Positions 62,201 through 64,000 of a stretch of DNA of 64,000 nucleotides are shown here, piece after piece. Source of the DNA: Eledone cirrhosa (Eukaryota); the NCBI GenBank assembly GCA_964016885.1, contig CAXHJY010000442.1, forward strand, positions 62,001 to 126,000, given 5' to 3'. The stretch's first letter is position 1. Every line of letters starts with the position of its first letter. A model generated the notes under the pieces. The model was given only the letters and a program-made list of their open reading frames with translations, did not search any database and was not told where the DNA came from. Made by a program: the position numbers and the translations under genes.

Positions 62201-64000
62201 ATCTGTAATTACTGGTACATGTGCAGACACTCATTGGCTATGTGTGGCGTGAATTTCAGCAAGATATCTCCGTAAAATCAATAGTTGTGGCTGTGGAAAC
62301 AAACCGTGTTAAACGTCAACAAAGTCCGCCGGCGAATGGTGTGCTTCGAAGAAAACGAATCAAAAAATGACGATTAGCCGGCGGATTTACCTTTTCAATC
62401 GCGGGCCGGCCGCCCGTGGTCGGATCGATCTGTAGTTACTGGTACATGTGCAGACACTCATTGGCTATGTGTGGCGTGAATTTCAGCAAGATATCTCCGT
62501 AAAATCAATAGTTGTGGCTGTGGAACCAAACCGTGTTAAACGTCAACAAAGTCCGCCGGCGAATGGTGTGCTTCGAAGAAAACGAATCCAAAAATGACGA
62601 TTAGCCGGCGGATTTACCTTTTTAATCGCGGGCCGGCCGCCCGCGGTCGGATCGATCTGTAATTACTGGTACATGTGCAGACACTCATTGGCTATGTGTG
62701 GCGTGAATTTCAGCAAGATATCTCCGTAAAATCAATAGTTGTGGCTGTGGAACCAAACCGTGTTAAACGTCAACAAAGTCCGCCGGCGAATGGTGTGCTT
62801 CGAAGAAAACGAATCCAAAAATGACGATTAGCCGGCGGATTTACCTTTTTAATCGCGGGCCGGCCGCCCGCGGTCGGATCGATCTGTAATTACTGGTACA
62901 TGTGCAGACACTCATTGGCTATGTGTGGCGTGAATTTCAGCAAGATATCTCCGTAAAATCAATAGTTGTGGCTGTGGAACCAAACCGTGTTAAACGTCAA
63001 CAAAGTCCGCCGGCGAATGGTGTGCTTCGAAGAAAACGAATCCAAAAATGACGATTAGCCGGCGGATTTACCTTTTCAATCGCGGGCCGGCCGCCCGTGG
63101 TCGGATCGATCTGTAATTACTGGTACATGTGCAGACACTCATTGGCTATGTGTGGCGTGAATTTCAGCAAGATATCTCCGTAAAATCAATAGTTGTGGCT
63201 GTGGAATCAAACCGTGTTAAACGTCAACAAAGTCCGCCGGCGAATGGTGTGCTTCGAAGAAAACGAATCCAAAAATGACGATTAGCCGGCGGATTTACCT
63301 TTTCAATCGCGGGCCGGCCGCCCGTGGTCGGATCGATCTGTAATTACTGGTACATGTGCAGACACTCATTGGCTATGTGTGGCGTGAATTTCAGCAAGAT
63401 ATCTCCGTAAAATCAATAGTTGTGGCTGTGGAACCAAACCGTGTTAAACGTCAACAAAGTCCGCCGGCGAATGGTGTGCTTCGAAGAAAACGAATCCAAA
63501 AATGACGATTAGCCGGCGGATTTACCTTTTTAATCGCGGGCCGGCCGCCCGCGGTCGGATCGATCTGTAATTACTGGTACATGTGCAGACACTCATTGGC
63601 TATGTGTGGCGTGAATTTCAGCAAGATATCTCCGTAAAATCAATAGTTGTGGCTGTGGAACCAAACCGTGTTAAACGTCAACAAAGTCCGCCGGCGAATG
63701 GTGTGCTTCGAAGAAAACGAATCCAAAAATGACGATTAGCCGGCGGATTTACCTTTTCAATCGCGGGCCGGCCGCCCGTGGTCGGATCGATCTGTAATTA
63801 CTGGTACATGTGCAGACACTTATTGGCTATGTGTGGCGTGAATTTCAGCAAGATATCTCCGTAAAATCAATAGTTGTGGCTGTGGAACCAAACCGTGTTA
63901 AACGTCAACAAAGTCCGCCGGCGAATGGTGTGCTTCGAAGAAAACGAATCCAAAAATGACGATTAGCCGGCGGATTTACCTTTTTAATCGCGGGCCGGCC
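56297..64000 (+). repeat. Block repeated at a 26-monomer offset (5902 bp), with a partial copy at an 11-monomer offset
   Basis: A101+A164 monomers at 56297/62199, G10 at 56533/62435 (also 59030), T101 at 57305/63207 (also 59802), T34 monomers at 57886/63788. Confidence 0.8.

Larger units (their letters stand above)
1..64000. repeat. Tandem satellite DNA array, 227-bp monomer, about 282 head-to-tail copies, running off both window edges
   Basis: CGATCTGTAATTAC recurs at 1, 228, 455 and onward, and stays in exact phase at 13621, 27241, 40861, 54481 (60 x 227 steps) and 63788. All copies have the same orientation and differ by only a few substitutions. Confidence 0.99.

Noticed and set aside
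1-64000. CRISPR array
   Set aside because: There are no unique spacers. The entire 227 bp is repeated and no cas genes are present.
1-64000. Rolling-circle or sequencing concatemer of a single small circle (plasmid, viroid-like RNA, eccDNA)
   Set aside because: Variants are shared in nested, ordered blocks with differing periods, which indicates a genomic duplication history. A single template would give a fixed period plus random errors.
1-64000. A single fixed-period higher-order repeat
   Set aside because: Marker spacings vary from 4 to 37 monomers and no period persists beyond about two copies.

Overview
The whole 64 kb window is one uninterrupted head-to-tail tandem array of a 227-bp monomer, about 281.9 copies starting at 1+227k. 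It is satellite DNA, most likely eukaryotic heterochromatic or centromeric, and I do not recognise the family or organism. I found no unique sequence, gene, RNA gene, transposon or CRISPR array. The three 93-aa ORFs are by-products of one T>C variant that removes a stop codon. The monomer is about 48% GC and CpG-rich. Copies differ only by substitutions, and the 227-bp phase is held from start to end. Diagnostic variants reveal no fixed higher-order repeat. Instead there is a mosaic of nested recent tandem duplications (18-, 14+9-, 19-, 21-, 6/14-, 11- and 26-monomer offsets) and a switch in variant composition near 44.5 kb. The monomer itself is unusually structured. It has six perfect 8-bp palindromes, a GC-rich inverted repeat whose loop holds a CENP-B-box-like 17-mer, and a second GC hairpin. 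On the minus strand it also has a splice-donor/Sm-like motif pair and a possible 39-nt in-frame micro-exon. Those functional readings are hypotheses only. 'Pos' means position within the monomer as phased at window base 1.
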